From the NCBI GenBank assembly GCA_964015265.1, contig CAXHCD010000010.1, positions 7,001 through 71,000 of the forward strand: DNA of 64,000 bases. Direction: 5' to 3'. Each line of letters starts with the position of its first letter. The stretch's first letter is position 1. Origin of the DNA: an uncultured Oligoflexia bacterium. GTDB taxonomy: Bacteria; Bdellovibrionota; Bacteriovoracia; Bacteriovoracales; Bacteriovoracaceae. The notes below the pieces were generated by a model, which saw only the letters and a program-made list of their open reading frames with translations, had not been told where the DNA came from and made no database searches. The translations under genes were made by a program, and so were the position numbers. This document shows, piece after piece, positions 47,183-57,257 of this stretch.

Positions 47183-48442
47183 ATGAGCATTTTCGAAAGT
47201 TCATTAATTAAAAATGCGTTGAGTCAACTGGAAATGTCTTCAAATATTATGAGTCTTGATCCTAATATTGCTGAGAGACTAAAATATCCAAAAAGAGCGA
47301 TGCAAGTTGCAGTACCTATCAGACTAGATGATGGTACAGTAAAAACGTTTCAAGGTTTTAGAGTTCAACACAATATGACTATTGGCCCGGGGAAAGGTGG
47401 TATTAGGTATCATCCTAACGTAACTTTATCTGAGACTGCTGGTCTTGCTATGTTAATGACATTTAAATGTGCTCTAGTTGGATTACCTCTTGGTGGTGCA
47501 AAAGGTGGAGTTTGCGTTGACCCTAATGATTTATCAAGACAAGAACTTCAATCTTTAACGAGAAGATTTACAACTGAAATTAATATGATTATTGGACCAA
47601 ACATTGATATCCCTGCTCCAGATATTGGAACAGACGGACAAACAATGGCATGGCTATTGGATACATATTCACAAATTAAAGGTTATACAATTCCAGGTGT
47701 TGTTACAGGTAAGCCTATTTCTGTTGGTGGTTCTTTAGGTAGAGCAGAGTCGACTGGTAAAGGTGTTGCTTACTGTATTAACTTTGCTGCTAAAAAACTT
47801 AATATGGAAATTGGTAAGAATACAACTGTTGCTATTCACGGTTTTGGTAAGGTTGGTGTTCCAGCTGCTGTAGACCTAGCAGAACAAGGGGCCAAAATTG
47901 TTGCTGTTTCTGATGTTAGTGGCGCTATTTATAATAAAAATGGAATTGATTTAAATGCTGCTGTTGAATGGGTTAAGAATGGAAACTTCTTAAAGAACTT
48001 TAAAGGTGCAGACAATATTACAAACCAAGAATTATTAGAATTAGATGTTGATATTTTAATTCCTGCTGCAATTGATGGAGTCGTAACAAAAGAAAACGCT
48101 GGTAAGGTTAAGGCGAAAATTATTGCTGAAGGTGCCAACGGTCCTCTAACTGAAGAGGCGATTAAAATCGTAACTGATAATGGAATTTTTATTATCCCAG
48201 ATATTTTATGTAACGCTGGTGGTGTTATTGTTTCTTATTTTGAATGGGTTCAAGGATTACAAAACTTTTTCTGGGATCTAGATCAAATTAATGGAAAATT
48301 ACACGATATTCTCAGTCAGTCTTTTGAGACTGTTTACCAATGTTCAGTGAGATACAAAACAGATATGAAAAAAGCTGCTATGATTGGAGCTCTAGAAAGA
48401 CTTGAAGGAGCAATGAAGCTTAGAGGTCTATTCCCGTCTTAA
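47183..48442 (+). CDS. gdhA: Glutamate dehydrogenase (Glu/Leu/Phe/Val dehydrogenase family)
   Basis: GPGKGGIRYHP and LPLGGAKGGV catalytic blocks. GFGKVG Rossmann motif. AAGGGGA Shine-Dalgarno. Confidence 0.9.
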   Translation: MSIFESSLIKNALSQLEMSSNIMSLDPNIAERLKYPKRAMQVAVPIRLDDGTVKTFQGFRVQHNMTIGPGKGGIRYHPNVTLSETAGLAMLMTFKCALVGLPLGGAKGGVCVDPNDLSRQELQSLTRRFTTEINMIIGPNIDIPAPDIGTDGQTMAWLLDTYSQIKGYTIPGVVTGKPISVGGSLGRAESTGKGVAYCINFAAKKLNMEIGKNTTVAIHGFGKVGVPAAVDLAEQGAKIVAVSDVSGAIYNKNGIDLNAAVEWVKNGNFLKNFKGADNITNQELLELDVDILIPAAIDGVVTKENAGKVKAKIIAEGANGPLTEEAIKIVTDNGIFIIPDILCNAGGVIVSYFEWVQGLQNFFWDLDQINGKLHDILSQSFETVYQCSVRYKTDMKKAAMIGALERLEGAMKLRGLFPS

Positions 48443-48464
48443 TTGATTTTTTTAGTCATGAATA

Positions 48465-48494
48465 CGTAGTGCTTTTTAACCGAAGAGCACTACG
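48465..48494 (+). other. Strong hairpin between gdh and the next gene, covering that gene's SD and start codon
   Basis: CGTAGTGCT...AGCACTACG is a perfect 9-bp stem, extendable to about 13 bp with G-U pairs. The 3-prime arm contains GAAGAG and the G of the GTG start at 48494. No U-tract follows. Confidence 0.45.
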
Positions 48495-49339
48495 TGAAAT
48501 TATTAGTATTTTTAACATTTATAAGTTTCTCTCTTAACGCTAAAGAATATGTGTTCGAGTTTTTTAATGAATTTGGTAGCTTAAATGATAAAGCTCCTGA
48601 ATATGTTGAAGAGATTAAAAATATAGATTTTCAAAATCCATCAAATAAAGTCATTTTAAAATTTCCTAATGGTAAAGAAATTTTAATAAAAGATTATATT
48701 GGGGCCGGTGGAAATACTGCAATTTTTAAAATTAGTGTTAATGGAAAAACATTTGCGTTAAGAGTTCCTTATACAAATATTTCTATGATGAGAGAATATA
48801 TAAAAGGACGGTTTGCTCTTGCTTCTCAAAAAATTAATGTTCCTGATGTATACAGTTCTGGAAAGTTAAATACTACTCCCTTATATATTATTACTGATTA
48901 TGTGGATTTTGATTACAATCTAAAGTCATTTATCAAAGATTATAAGGATATTTCTAAAACAGAAATACATGTAATGAAATCTGAGTTAATTAAATTTGCA
49001 AAACAATCTGCCAACTTTGGAAAGATTGGAGATTTTGGATACGATCAAATTGTTTTTGATCGAGAAAATAAAAAATGGGTATTACTTGACTGGGACTCCG
49101 ATCATTATTTTTCAAACTCACCAAAGGCCAATTTGTTTACTGAAGATTATTTTATTGAGGCAGTTTATCAAAAAAATGGAAAAGGTCCTTTACTGCTGGA
49201 TGCTTGGCAAGAGAATTTACGTAAAGCTCTTGAGTTTGTGGTTTCTATGGAAAGGAAAAAATTAAATCTATCTGGTCGATCAAAATGTATGATCGACCAT
49301 ATAATAGATATGCGTGGACAATTGTTTAAATTAGATTAA
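48494..49339 (+). CDS. Secreted protein with atypical protein-kinase-like motifs (GTG start)
   Basis: Signal peptide. Gly-rich loop IGAGGNTAIFKI, FALRVP, hinge-like IITDYVD, then GDFGYDQIVF and LLDWDSD, which resemble kinase-fold catalytic and DFG regions. Confidence 0.45.
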   Translation: MKLLVFLTFISFSLNAKEYVFEFFNEFGSLNDKAPEYVEEIKNIDFQNPSNKVILKFPNGKEILIKDYIGAGGNTAIFKISVNGKTFALRVPYTNISMMREYIKGRFALASQKINVPDVYSSGKLNTTPLYIITDYVDFDYNLKSFIKDYKDISKTEIHVMKSELIKFAKQSANFGKIGDFGYDQIVFDRENKKWVLLDWDSDHYFSNSPKANLFTEDYFIEAVYQKNGKGPLLLDAWQENLRKALEFVVSMERKKLNLSGRSKCMIDHIIDMRGQLFKLD

Positions 49340-49830
49340 AGTTGAATTAACTGTCTTGAATCTTGTAAAAAACTATCGTTTGTACACTTCATCATTTTAG
49401 AAATTGTAACAGAATTAGAAGCTGTTAATCCTCTAAAACATTGAGTTTCATTTTCTTCATTAAAATTTCTGATTAAAGAATATCTCGACATTTGAGCGTT
49501 ACTAAATTCATCTTCACTTAAAATTGGATCGTAATCTAACAGCTCATGAATTGCTTTAAAACTTGCTTTGTTCTTAACAAAAGTACAAGACTTAACTGTT
49601 AAACGATAAAGAGAATCTCTTTTTTGTAATTCTAAAAAACATTTATAAGCGTATTTATTATTAATACCCTTACAAATTGTTTCGTCTGCCCCAATAGTAA
49701 CTTGGCAAGCTCTTACAAAATCAGCTGGGCCTTTACCTGCAAAGTTAATAGCGTCAGCGATGTCATCTAAAAGACCAGCATTTGAGTTAATAGAAAAAAT
49801 AAGTAATAAGCATGCAATTAAGTGTTTCAT
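49336..49830 (-). CDS. Secreted hypothetical protein
   Basis: 164 aa with signal peptide MKHLIACLLLIFSINSNA and several Cys. Confidence 0.5.
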   Translation of the reverse strand: MKHLIACLLLIFSINSNAGLLDDIADAINFAGKGPADFVRACQVTIGADETICKGINNKYAYKCFLELQKRDSLYRLTVKSCTFVKNKASFKAIHELLDYDPILSEDEFSNAQMSRYSLIRNFNEENETQCFRGLTASNSVTISKMMKCTNDSFLQDSRQLIQL

Positions 49831-49928
49831 ATAGTCTCCAATAAATATTTATGCCCTTAAATAACAAATAATTAGACTGGCTGCAATGTAATGTGTAAAA
49901 AGGTGAATCTAGGTCCTGCTAGGAAAAT

Positions 49929-50807
49929 CTATAATTTCAGTAACTTAATTATATCTTTTATATTAAATGGAGAACTCAGTTTTACATGAGGTAGATTAAT
50001 ATTTGCTTTAGCCCCGTGATCAAAAAAACTAATTATGCCTTTATTGCTGTTCATATCAGTAATAAATATAAAAGGGTCCTTAATCGTTACTAGAGGGTTA
50101 TTTGGAAGTCTATCGACAATTTTGTTTGAAATCGCACAGGTTGGGTCACATGAATAAGATATAGATGTATCTGATTTTGAAATATAAAAATATCTAAAGT
50201 CGTTAACTTTATATTGAGAGATATTTCCAAGGTTTTCAAACTGATCAGTTAACTTTTGAATTAAGGTAGGTTTTCCTTCTGTAAATGATAACAAACAGTC
50301 ACCTTCACAAGCTTGTGATTGTTCAAAGCTAAATTGAAAATAAGTATTATCAAACTCTACTAATTTATCTAACTCCTTTTGATCTTTGGATGTTTGAATT
50401 TCAATCCATTTTCTTTTTTGTTTTTCAACAACAAAATATGAATCACCTTGCATATACAAATGTCTTAAGTTTTTTGAATTTTTGTCTATCCAATAATTTA
50501 AGGACTTATATGATTTGTCTGTTGATTTAAAAGTAGAAAGTTTTTTGGCCCTTAACCTTTTTTTCCAAGACAGAACAAAAGCTTGGTTATCAGAAATATA
50601 GAAGGCCCATTTTTTATCTTGATTCCAATGGATACTTTCAGGACAGCTGCCAGCATGTTTGTGAATGGATTTGTGTTTTTTAGAAGGAATTTTCATTAGC
50701 TTCCAATTACATTCATTATTTCCAGGCTTTAAATAAAAAAGGTAATCAACATTTTTTGATGCTGAAAAGGCAGTCGTACTTATAAGAAAAAAAAGAATAA
50801 ATTTCAT
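49929..50807 (-). CDS. Secreted hypothetical protein
   Basis: 292 aa with signal peptide MKFILFFLISTTAFS. Confidence 0.5.
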   Translation of the reverse strand: MKFILFFLISTTAFSASKNVDYLFYLKPGNNECNWKLMKIPSKKHKSIHKHAGSCPESIHWNQDKKWAFYISDNQAFVLSWKKRLRAKKLSTFKSTDKSYKSLNYWIDKNSKNLRHLYMQGDSYFVVEKQKRKWIEIQTSKDQKELDKLVEFDNTYFQFSFEQSQACEGDCLLSFTEGKPTLIQKLTDQFENLGNISQYKVNDFRYFYISKSDTSISYSCDPTCAISNKIVDRLPNNPLVTIKDPFIFITDMNSNKGIISFFDHGAKANINLPHVKLSSPFNIKDIIKLLKL

Positions 50808-50860
50808 TTATTTAAAGTATATATTTGTATTGAAATAAGTAAAGAGCTTATAATGGATAT

Positions 50861-51337
50861 ATGAGTAAAGTTTTGTTGGCATTGTTGCCAATTTTTATCA
50901 ATATTTCTTTTGCCGCAATTCAATTTAAAGTGACTGCGCCTTCATATAAATACATCAAATTCAAAGAAGGCTGTGCAATTATGGGGATGAAAGATACACC
51001 TTTAGTTGAAGCAAAAGGCCAGTCTCATATTGATTGTATGGGAACTTATTTTAATGCTGGAAATATTTGTGCAAAAAAATTTGCTGAAGATCCAAACCTA
51101 ATGAGAGGTTATGTATTTAAGGAGACTAATGAGATAGCTTGCCAGTCAGGAGAGTTGGCCCACTTAAGTGTGGATTGTAAGAACACCAAAAAGTTTTGTA
51201 AGACACCAAAGAAATCATGTAAAGAATTACAGCAATATTATGCTAGAAGACTTGATCTTAATCATTATTCAAAAGTTCAAAATAATTTAAATTGTTATTA
51301 TTCAAAAAATTCGCAAATTGATTTTAACTTTAAATAA
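50861..51337 (+). CDS. Secreted Cys-rich hypothetical protein
   Basis: 158 aa, signal peptide, about 10 Cys. Confidence 0.5.
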   Translation: MSKVLLALLPIFINISFAAIQFKVTAPSYKYIKFKEGCAIMGMKDTPLVEAKGQSHIDCMGTYFNAGNICAKKFAEDPNLMRGYVFKETNEIACQSGELAHLSVDCKNTKKFCKTPKKSCKELQQYYARRLDLNHYSKVQNNLNCYYSKNSQIDFNFK

Positions 51338-51389
51338 ATCGATAATTTATAAAAGTTTAAAGAAGTAAATTTTTGAATTATGTTATTTC

Positions 51390-51917
51390 ATGGAAATGAG
51401 ATCATACGGAATTTATAAAGATAAATACGACACAAAGATGCTATCAATTTTTGGTCATGCCAATAAAGGAATTCCTGGGCTAGAAATTATTATTCCTGGG
51501 ATGCAGACAAGGTATTTAAAAGAAAAGTTTGTTTATATTTCTAAAAATTTAGGGCTAAAATTTCCCTTAAAAAAATACACCATTTGTGTTGATACATTAG
51601 GTGAATCTATTAAATCTGATCACGCCGATTTGAATTGGCTTGAACTTCCTTTATTGATTCTTTATTGGTCATTAGCAGGAGTTTTACCTATTACAAAATT
51701 AAGTGATTGCTTTTGTGGTGGAAAAATAGGTGTTAATAAAAAAATTCTATTACCTGGAAGTCTAATTATTAATAATGTTAAAACATCGAATGATTTTAAA
51801 GTAATTTCATTATCTTCGGTTCAAAATGAAGTTAATAATTGTGTTTTGTCAGTAGAAGAGATTTTCTCTGAATTAACTCAATTGCACTTTGAGTTTGAAA
51901 AATTAAATCGAAAGTGA
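51390..51917 (+). CDS. Stand-alone ComM/YifB N-terminal (Lon-protease-like, ChlI) domain protein, or a gene remnant
   Basis: GIPGLEIIIPGMQTRYLKEKFVYISKNLGLKFPLKKYTICVD...LELPLLILYWSLAG parallels YifB GLPGLTMVGLPETTVKEARDRV...YPAKKITINLAP...YDLPIAIALLAAS. No AAA+ module follows. Confidence 0.5.
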   Translation: MEMRSYGIYKDKYDTKMLSIFGHANKGIPGLEIIIPGMQTRYLKEKFVYISKNLGLKFPLKKYTICVDTLGESIKSDHADLNWLELPLLILYWSLAGVLPITKLSDCFCGGKIGVNKKILLPGSLIINNVKTSNDFKVISLSSVQNEVNNCVLSVEEIFSELTQLHFEFEKLNRK

Positions 51918-52883
51918 CCTTGCTAACTCTAAATAAGGTGCGCCGTAATTGTCTTTCTTCTTCAAGCATTCGTTGAGAGGAATAACTTTTACAGCACCAT
52001 TTACATAGGCCGTAGCATGAGAAGTTTTACCTTCAAGCAGTCCTACGACAGCATCGTGTCCCATTTTTGAGCCTAGGAAACGATCAATTCCAGTTGGGCT
52101 TCCACCTCTTTGAATATGTCCTAAAATACAAACATGAGTCGCTATTTCATATGACGATTTCAATTCTTCTTGAATTTTATAACTTAGACCAGCTGTTTCT
52201 CCTTCTGCTACAACGATAATTGAAGAATTTTTTCCTCTGGCAACACCACGCTTTATATCAGAGCAAATTTTCTTATAATCAACGTCTTTTCCCGGTAGAA
52301 CAATATTTTCTGCTCCACAACATACTCCTACATGAAGAGCAATAGCATCAGACTTTCTTCCCATAACTTCAACAATGAAATTTCTTGAATGTGAAGAGGC
52401 CGTGTCTCTAATCTTATCCACTGCACCGATTGCTGTTTGAACGGCCGTATCAAAACCAATCGTTAAATCAGTTCCTTCAATATCATTATCAATTGTTCCT
52501 GGAATTCCGATAACTGGAAAATCATGTTCAGAATTTAATTGATAGGCTCCGTTAAAAGATCCATTCCCACCTATAACAATTAATGCATCAATATTTTTTC
52601 TTTTTAATAAGTTAAAAGCTTCTTTACGAACATCTTCATTGTGAAACTCTGGGCATCTAGAAGTTTGTAATACAGTTCCACCATGTTGAATTATATTACC
52701 TACAGAAGAAGCGTCCATTTCTTCAAAGTTACCTTGTAAAAGCCCTGCATATCCTCTTTTGATTCCGAAAACCTTAATTTTTTTACCAATTGCCGTTCTA
52801 ACAACTGCTCTAATCGCACAATTCATACCTGGACTATCACCACCACTACACATTACCGCAATTGTTTTAATTTTAGAGCTCAT
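51903..52883 (-). CDS. pfkA: ATP-dependent 6-phosphofructokinase
   Basis: SGGDSPGMNCAIRAVVR, GIPGTIDNDI, MGRKSD and GHIQRGG blocks. Confidence 0.9.
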   Translation of the reverse strand: MSSKIKTIAVMCSGGDSPGMNCAIRAVVRTAIGKKIKVFGIKRGYAGLLQGNFEEMDASSVGNIIQHGGTVLQTSRCPEFHNEDVRKEAFNLLKRKNIDALIVIGGNGSFNGAYQLNSEHDFPVIGIPGTIDNDIEGTDLTIGFDTAVQTAIGAVDKIRDTASSHSRNFIVEVMGRKSDAIALHVGVCCGAENIVLPGKDVDYKKICSDIKRGVARGKNSSIIVVAEGETAGLSYKIQEELKSSYEIATHVCILGHIQRGGSPTGIDRFLGSKMGHDAVVGLLEGKTSHATAYVNGAVKVIPLNECLKKKDNYGAPYLELARSLSI

Positions 52884-52892
52884 AGCAATTCC

Positions 52893-54425
52893 TTATTTGA
52901 AAATTGAATTTCCTTCAAAAGATTTTGGTTTATCTAAACCTAATAAATAAAAAGTTGTTGGAGATATATCTTTTAATGAAAAGTTATCGCCATTAATTTT
53001 AATTTGATCTCTTTCTATAATTTTTGAGTCATATAGGCAAACGGGAACTGGAGCTTTTGAGTGAGCAGTATGAGGGCTACCATCGGCGTGTTCCATTTCA
53101 TCACTATTTCCATGATCAGCAGTTAAAAGCATTGTATAATTAAGCTCCTCACATCTTTTTGTGAGTTTACCAATACATTCGTCTAATACTTCTATGGCCT
53201 TAACGGCAGCTTCATAGTTTCCTGTATGTCCAACCATATCTGAGTTGGCAAAATTAACTAAGATAAATTTATAATCATTTTCCATCTCGGCCATTAATCT
53301 TTCAGTCACATCTCTTGCGGCCATTTCTGGTTTTTGATCATATGTGGAAACTTCTTTTGGAGAAGGAATTAATATTTGATTTTCATTTTTAAATGGCTTT
53401 TTGCTGCCGCCATTAAAAAAGAAAGTTACATGAGCATATTTTTCTGTTTCAGCAATTTTTAATTGTTTATATCCAAGGTCTGATAAAATTTCAGAGCAGG
53501 TATTGCTTAGAGGCTCCTTATCAAAAAGAATGGGAAGCTCTACTTCATCAGGTATATATGGAGTCATACAAAGAAAGTATTTTGCTAAAAACTTTCTTTC
53601 ATATTCTTTAAAATCTTTGTCATTAAATGCTAGAGATATTTGCACTGCTCGATCAGGTCTAAAATTAATGAAGAATATTGAATCATTTTCTTCAATAGCA
53701 TAGTCCTTACTAAATAATGTCGGTTCTATAAATTCATCAAAGATATCTTTTGAATACTGATCGTTTATATAATCTAGGGGAGTTTGTTCTGTAATACTTC
53801 CATGACCTGTCATCGTGTCTTGGGCCAATTTGATTTTATTCCATCTTCTATCCCGATCCATTCCAATTGAGCGGCCTTGCATTGAAGCAAACTTAAAACC
53901 TTTAATTTCATTTAGCTCTTTTATGTATTCATGACCTTTATTTCTTGGTGTGTCCCTTCCATCCATGAAAGCGTGAAAATAAACTTCAAGTCCTTGAGAG
54001 CTAAGCTTTTTAATTAAAATTTTTAGGTGATCAATATGAGAATGAACACCTCCATCTGAGAGTAATCCCATTAAGTGAACTCTATTTGAATTTGACTTCG
54101 TTACGCTAACGAGTTCTTGAAACTTTTCCATTTCAGCAAGGGTATCATTTTCAATCGCCTCATTTATTCTAATGAGGTCTTGTCTAACGGCCCTACCAGC
54201 TCCAAGATTCATATGACCTACTTCAGAATTTCCGCGAACACCTTTAGGTAGCCCTACGAGTTCTCCACCAGCTTCAATAGTTGTATAAGGAAATTTTGAA
54301 AAGAGATAATCAAGGTTTGGTTTTTTAGCATCCCTAATTGCATTTTTCGTGGAAGTTTCATTTATTCCAAAGCCATCTAATACTACTAGTAATAGCTTTT
54401 GACTTAGTCCATTTACGGTATTCAT
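52893..54425 (-). CDS. gpmI: 2,3-bisphosphoglycerate-independent phosphoglycerate mutase
   Basis: VVLDGFG, SEVGHMNLGAGR, DGGVHSH and TADHGN blocks. 510 aa. Confidence 0.92.
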   Translation of the reverse strand: MNTVNGLSQKLLLVVLDGFGINETSTKNAIRDAKKPNLDYLFSKFPYTTIEAGGELVGLPKGVRGNSEVGHMNLGAGRAVRQDLIRINEAIENDTLAEMEKFQELVSVTKSNSNRVHLMGLLSDGGVHSHIDHLKILIKKLSSQGLEVYFHAFMDGRDTPRNKGHEYIKELNEIKGFKFASMQGRSIGMDRDRRWNKIKLAQDTMTGHGSITEQTPLDYINDQYSKDIFDEFIEPTLFSKDYAIEENDSIFFINFRPDRAVQISLAFNDKDFKEYERKFLAKYFLCMTPYIPDEVELPILFDKEPLSNTCSEILSDLGYKQLKIAETEKYAHVTFFFNGGSKKPFKNENQILIPSPKEVSTYDQKPEMAARDVTERLMAEMENDYKFILVNFANSDMVGHTGNYEAAVKAIEVLDECIGKLTKRCEELNYTMLLTADHGNSDEMEHADGSPHTAHSKAPVPVCLYDSKIIERDQIKINGDNFSLKDISPTTFYLLGLDKPKSFEGNSIFK

Positions 54426-54444
54426 AGTGTACTCACATATAGAA

Positions 54445-54471
54445 ATAAAAAAGGCGTGAAATTCACGCCTT
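54445..54471 (-). terminator. Rho-independent terminator after the papain-like peptidase gene
   Basis: On the minus strand, AAGGCGTG-AATTT-CACGCCTT is followed by TTTTTAT. Confidence 0.65.
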
Positions 54472-54485
54472 AAAACTCTTATATA

Positions 54486-55667
54486 TTAATACTGTGCAGT
54501 TATTTGGTAAACATGATTGGCAAAGTATTCTACCCATTCGTACTCTCTTGCCACATATCTTTTACTATAATGGACTTCTTCGCCTCTTCTTCTTTTGTCA
54601 TAATCATAAAGTGGGAGATTCTTATCTGGTTGTAATGAATCTCTCACGATGAAAACACCTCTTGATCTACAACCTTTCTTTTTTAAAGCTGCCATAAATC
54701 TTTTTCCTCTTCCAATAAAGTACTCAATTCTGTCCTTTATTTTAGCTTTTACTTGAGGATTCGTTTCGTCGTTGTATTTCTTTTTTAGTTTTAAAATTCT
54801 ATCTCTTAAATAAGGAGGATAATCTTTAACGAATTTACAATTGTGCTTGAAACCATCGTCATATCCTAAGATATAAACTGCGTGCCAGTAACCATAGTGA
54901 TTATAGATTACTTCTACTGGAGCCTTTCTCTTATGAAGAGCTTCTTTAATTTCAGCAACAATATTTCTTGGAGTAACTAATGTATTCCACTGATTTTTTT
55001 CTGGGTCAGCAAATAGGATATGTCTTTGAAATTCTGGAAGTGGAACACTTGGAGCTCTTACTCTTTTAGTCGTAGAGGCCCAATTGTATTGCGCACCATA
55101 TTTTGCATCTTTTGAGTTTGCTCTAGCTTTGATTGTGTTTCCAGAGTTGTCGTATGAAAACCAACCTTTTGCAAAAGGATAGTACTTATTTCTTACGTGT
55201 TCTTTGTGTACATTAAATCTATAAATTGTATCAGTGATCCAATTATTAACAACGTGGTTTCCAATTTTATCATTGGCCATTGCCACAGAATATCTTTCAC
55301 TTAAATCAAACGGTCCATCAATCCTAGTTTTAACATGTGGGTTCAATCTTGCTAGCCACCATTCAACAATTCCAGTGTGTGACATAAAAAGACAAGTTCC
55401 TGCATCATCTTGATACGGAGAAGGTAGAGAGTATTTTACTAGTGGTGCCCATTTTTTGAAATTAGACTTGTCTCTACTTTTTTTATTAATGTCGTAATCA
55501 TATGCTGTAGATTTAACGGGTTCTTTTAAAAGGTCTTCCATCCCATCGAATAATTGTCCATTAGGATTTAGCTTAGAATGAATTTCTCCAGCGAATGCGT
55601 AAGAATTCATTAAAAGAATAAGTGCTGTGATTCTTAACATAGAATGATCTCCTAAATAATTTATCAA
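54486..55667 (-). CDS. Secreted papain-like (C1-type) cysteine peptidase candidate
   Basis: YQDDAGTCLFMS has Gln six residues before Cys, as in QxxxxxC of papain. WHAVYILGYDD matches the HAVxxVGY His block. FIVRDS corresponds to the WxxKNSW region. Signal peptide. Confidence 0.55.
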   Translation of the reverse strand: MINYLGDHSMLRITALILLMNSYAFAGEIHSKLNPNGQLFDGMEDLLKEPVKSTAYDYDINKKSRDKSNFKKWAPLVKYSLPSPYQDDAGTCLFMSHTGIVEWWLARLNPHVKTRIDGPFDLSERYSVAMANDKIGNHVVNNWITDTIYRFNVHKEHVRNKYYPFAKGWFSYDNSGNTIKARANSKDAKYGAQYNWASTTKRVRAPSVPLPEFQRHILFADPEKNQWNTLVTPRNIVAEIKEALHKRKAPVEVIYNHYGYWHAVYILGYDDGFKHNCKFVKDYPPYLRDRILKLKKKYNDETNPQVKAKIKDRIEYFIGRGKRFMAALKKKGCRSRGVFIVRDSLQPDKNLPLYDYDKRRRGEEVHYSKRYVAREYEWVEYFANHVYQITAQY

Positions 55668-55823
55668 AATTTCAAAGTGTTAAATAATCGCTTTTCAGAT
55701 AATTCTAGTCAAGGACAGGGTGTTAAGAACAAAAATATAAGTATTTAATTTTATGAAACTGAGTTGGTTCGCAAATTACAAAATAACTTATTTAAACTTT
55801 CATTTAAGAAATAGCTACAGGTA

Positions 55824-57257
55824 TTACTTGTTTTTGCACTTATATAAGCTCCATACCCTAGAGCGAGAAAGCCAATTTCCTATATTAAATTTGAGACTCC
55901 ACTTAGGGTAGGCCATGAAAATAGACTTACAATGTGGGTAGCTTTCCATTTTAAAAATATAATGACCTCTATTAAAAAAATGGTATTCATCTGAATGAAT
56001 TCTATCTTTGAAATTGGTAACTTTCTCAATACTTATATTTTCTCTTTTGTAATAGTGAATATTAAGGCCCAACATTGTGAATGGGTTTTCAACTTCCGTT
56101 ACAATCTTTTTAATTTCTGGATGATTCCAAATAAATTGATAAAATTTTACTGATGGATTGGCAGCTCTAAAGATACTAATAACTAAAAATAAAATATTTA
56201 TTGAGACAATTACTTTTAGAGTTTTAGGATAGCTTAAAACCTTATCTCTGTATTGCTCGAAAAAATAAACACTATAAATGGTACACATAACGATTACGGG
56301 AAAAATATATCTTAACTCTTTGTGACCGATATATGAGTGAAATAAAAATAATGGAAGTGTAGCCCACGTTAATGGGTGTTTCCACTTTTTGTACCAACCC
56401 CAAAATGTTGCAATAATTAATGGTAAGCTAACTGGTGGTATACCAGAAAATAATGACTTCTTTATATAATACCAAAATGGACTTACTCCGCTTCCTTCAA
56501 GTCTTCCATCTGTGAAATTAGAAGTGAATAAATTTAAAGGAGCAAAGGTCCATTTTCCGTAGCCCCAATAATCAGTTAGAATTCCAAATCCAATCATTAA
56601 TAAAATTGATACAGCAATAATAGCTAAATATTGTAACTTTATTTTTTTGAATATGAGTGCCCAAAACCATAAAAATGCAGTCATCAGTGCTAATTGATAC
56701 CTTACTAAATAACTGGCCCCTAGAAAAACTCCACTTACAAAGGATGTGAAGTAAGACTCTCTTTGTTGAATTTGTAAAAACAAACTCATTCCAATCAAGA
56801 ATAAGCTAGTGGACATGCTTTCAGCGTTTGTTCGCGTTTGAATGTAGGGAATGTACCAACAAAAATTTAATAATACTAAGGAGAGTTTGAAAGATTCTTC
56901 TTTTTTAAACCATTCTCTTAAAACGGGAATAAAGCAATAAATTGAATAGAGTCCAAAAAAAGAAGTTATTAATCTAAAAATAAAGGCAAAGATAAAGGGA
57001 CTTTGGATACCTAAAAAAGAGATGGCCTTTTGAATCCCTAAATAAAAATAAACTTGAATCCATGGTCTAACCATTTCACGGTGTTCCCATGGCAGGTCTT
57101 GCGCTGGAGTTTGTCCTAGTTTGAAATTTAAAAACTCATATATTTGAAAGTGTTCGTCAAAGTGATGAAATCCTGAACTAAAAATTGAGGCAATTAAATG
57201 GATAAGACACGATATTAAAAATATTTTTTTAATAGATAAATTTTTAATAAATTCCAC
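55824..57257 (-). CDS. GT-C fold glycosyltransferase, GT22 (Alg9/PIG-B-like mannosyltransferase)-like
   Basis: Polytopic (about 10 TM). The first loop has HHFDEHFQIYEF...LPWEHREMVRPW, resembling the HPDExFQxxE...WE..RS signature of GT22 enzymes. Confidence 0.55.
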   Translation of the reverse strand: MEFIKNLSIKKIFLISCLIHLIASIFSSGFHHFDEHFQIYEFLNFKLGQTPAQDLPWEHREMVRPWIQVYFYLGIQKAISFLGIQSPFIFAFIFRLITSFFGLYSIYCFIPVLREWFKKEESFKLSLVLLNFCWYIPYIQTRTNAESMSTSLFLIGMSLFLQIQQRESYFTSFVSGVFLGASYLVRYQLALMTAFLWFWALIFKKIKLQYLAIIAVSILLMIGFGILTDYWGYGKWTFAPLNLFTSNFTDGRLEGSGVSPFWYYIKKSLFSGIPPVSLPLIIATFWGWYKKWKHPLTWATLPLFLFHSYIGHKELRYIFPVIVMCTIYSVYFFEQYRDKVLSYPKTLKVIVSINILFLVISIFRAANPSVKFYQFIWNHPEIKKIVTEVENPFTMLGLNIHYYKRENISIEKVTNFKDRIHSDEYHFFNRGHYIFKMESYPHCKSIFMAYPKWSLKFNIGNWLSRSRVWSLYKCKNK

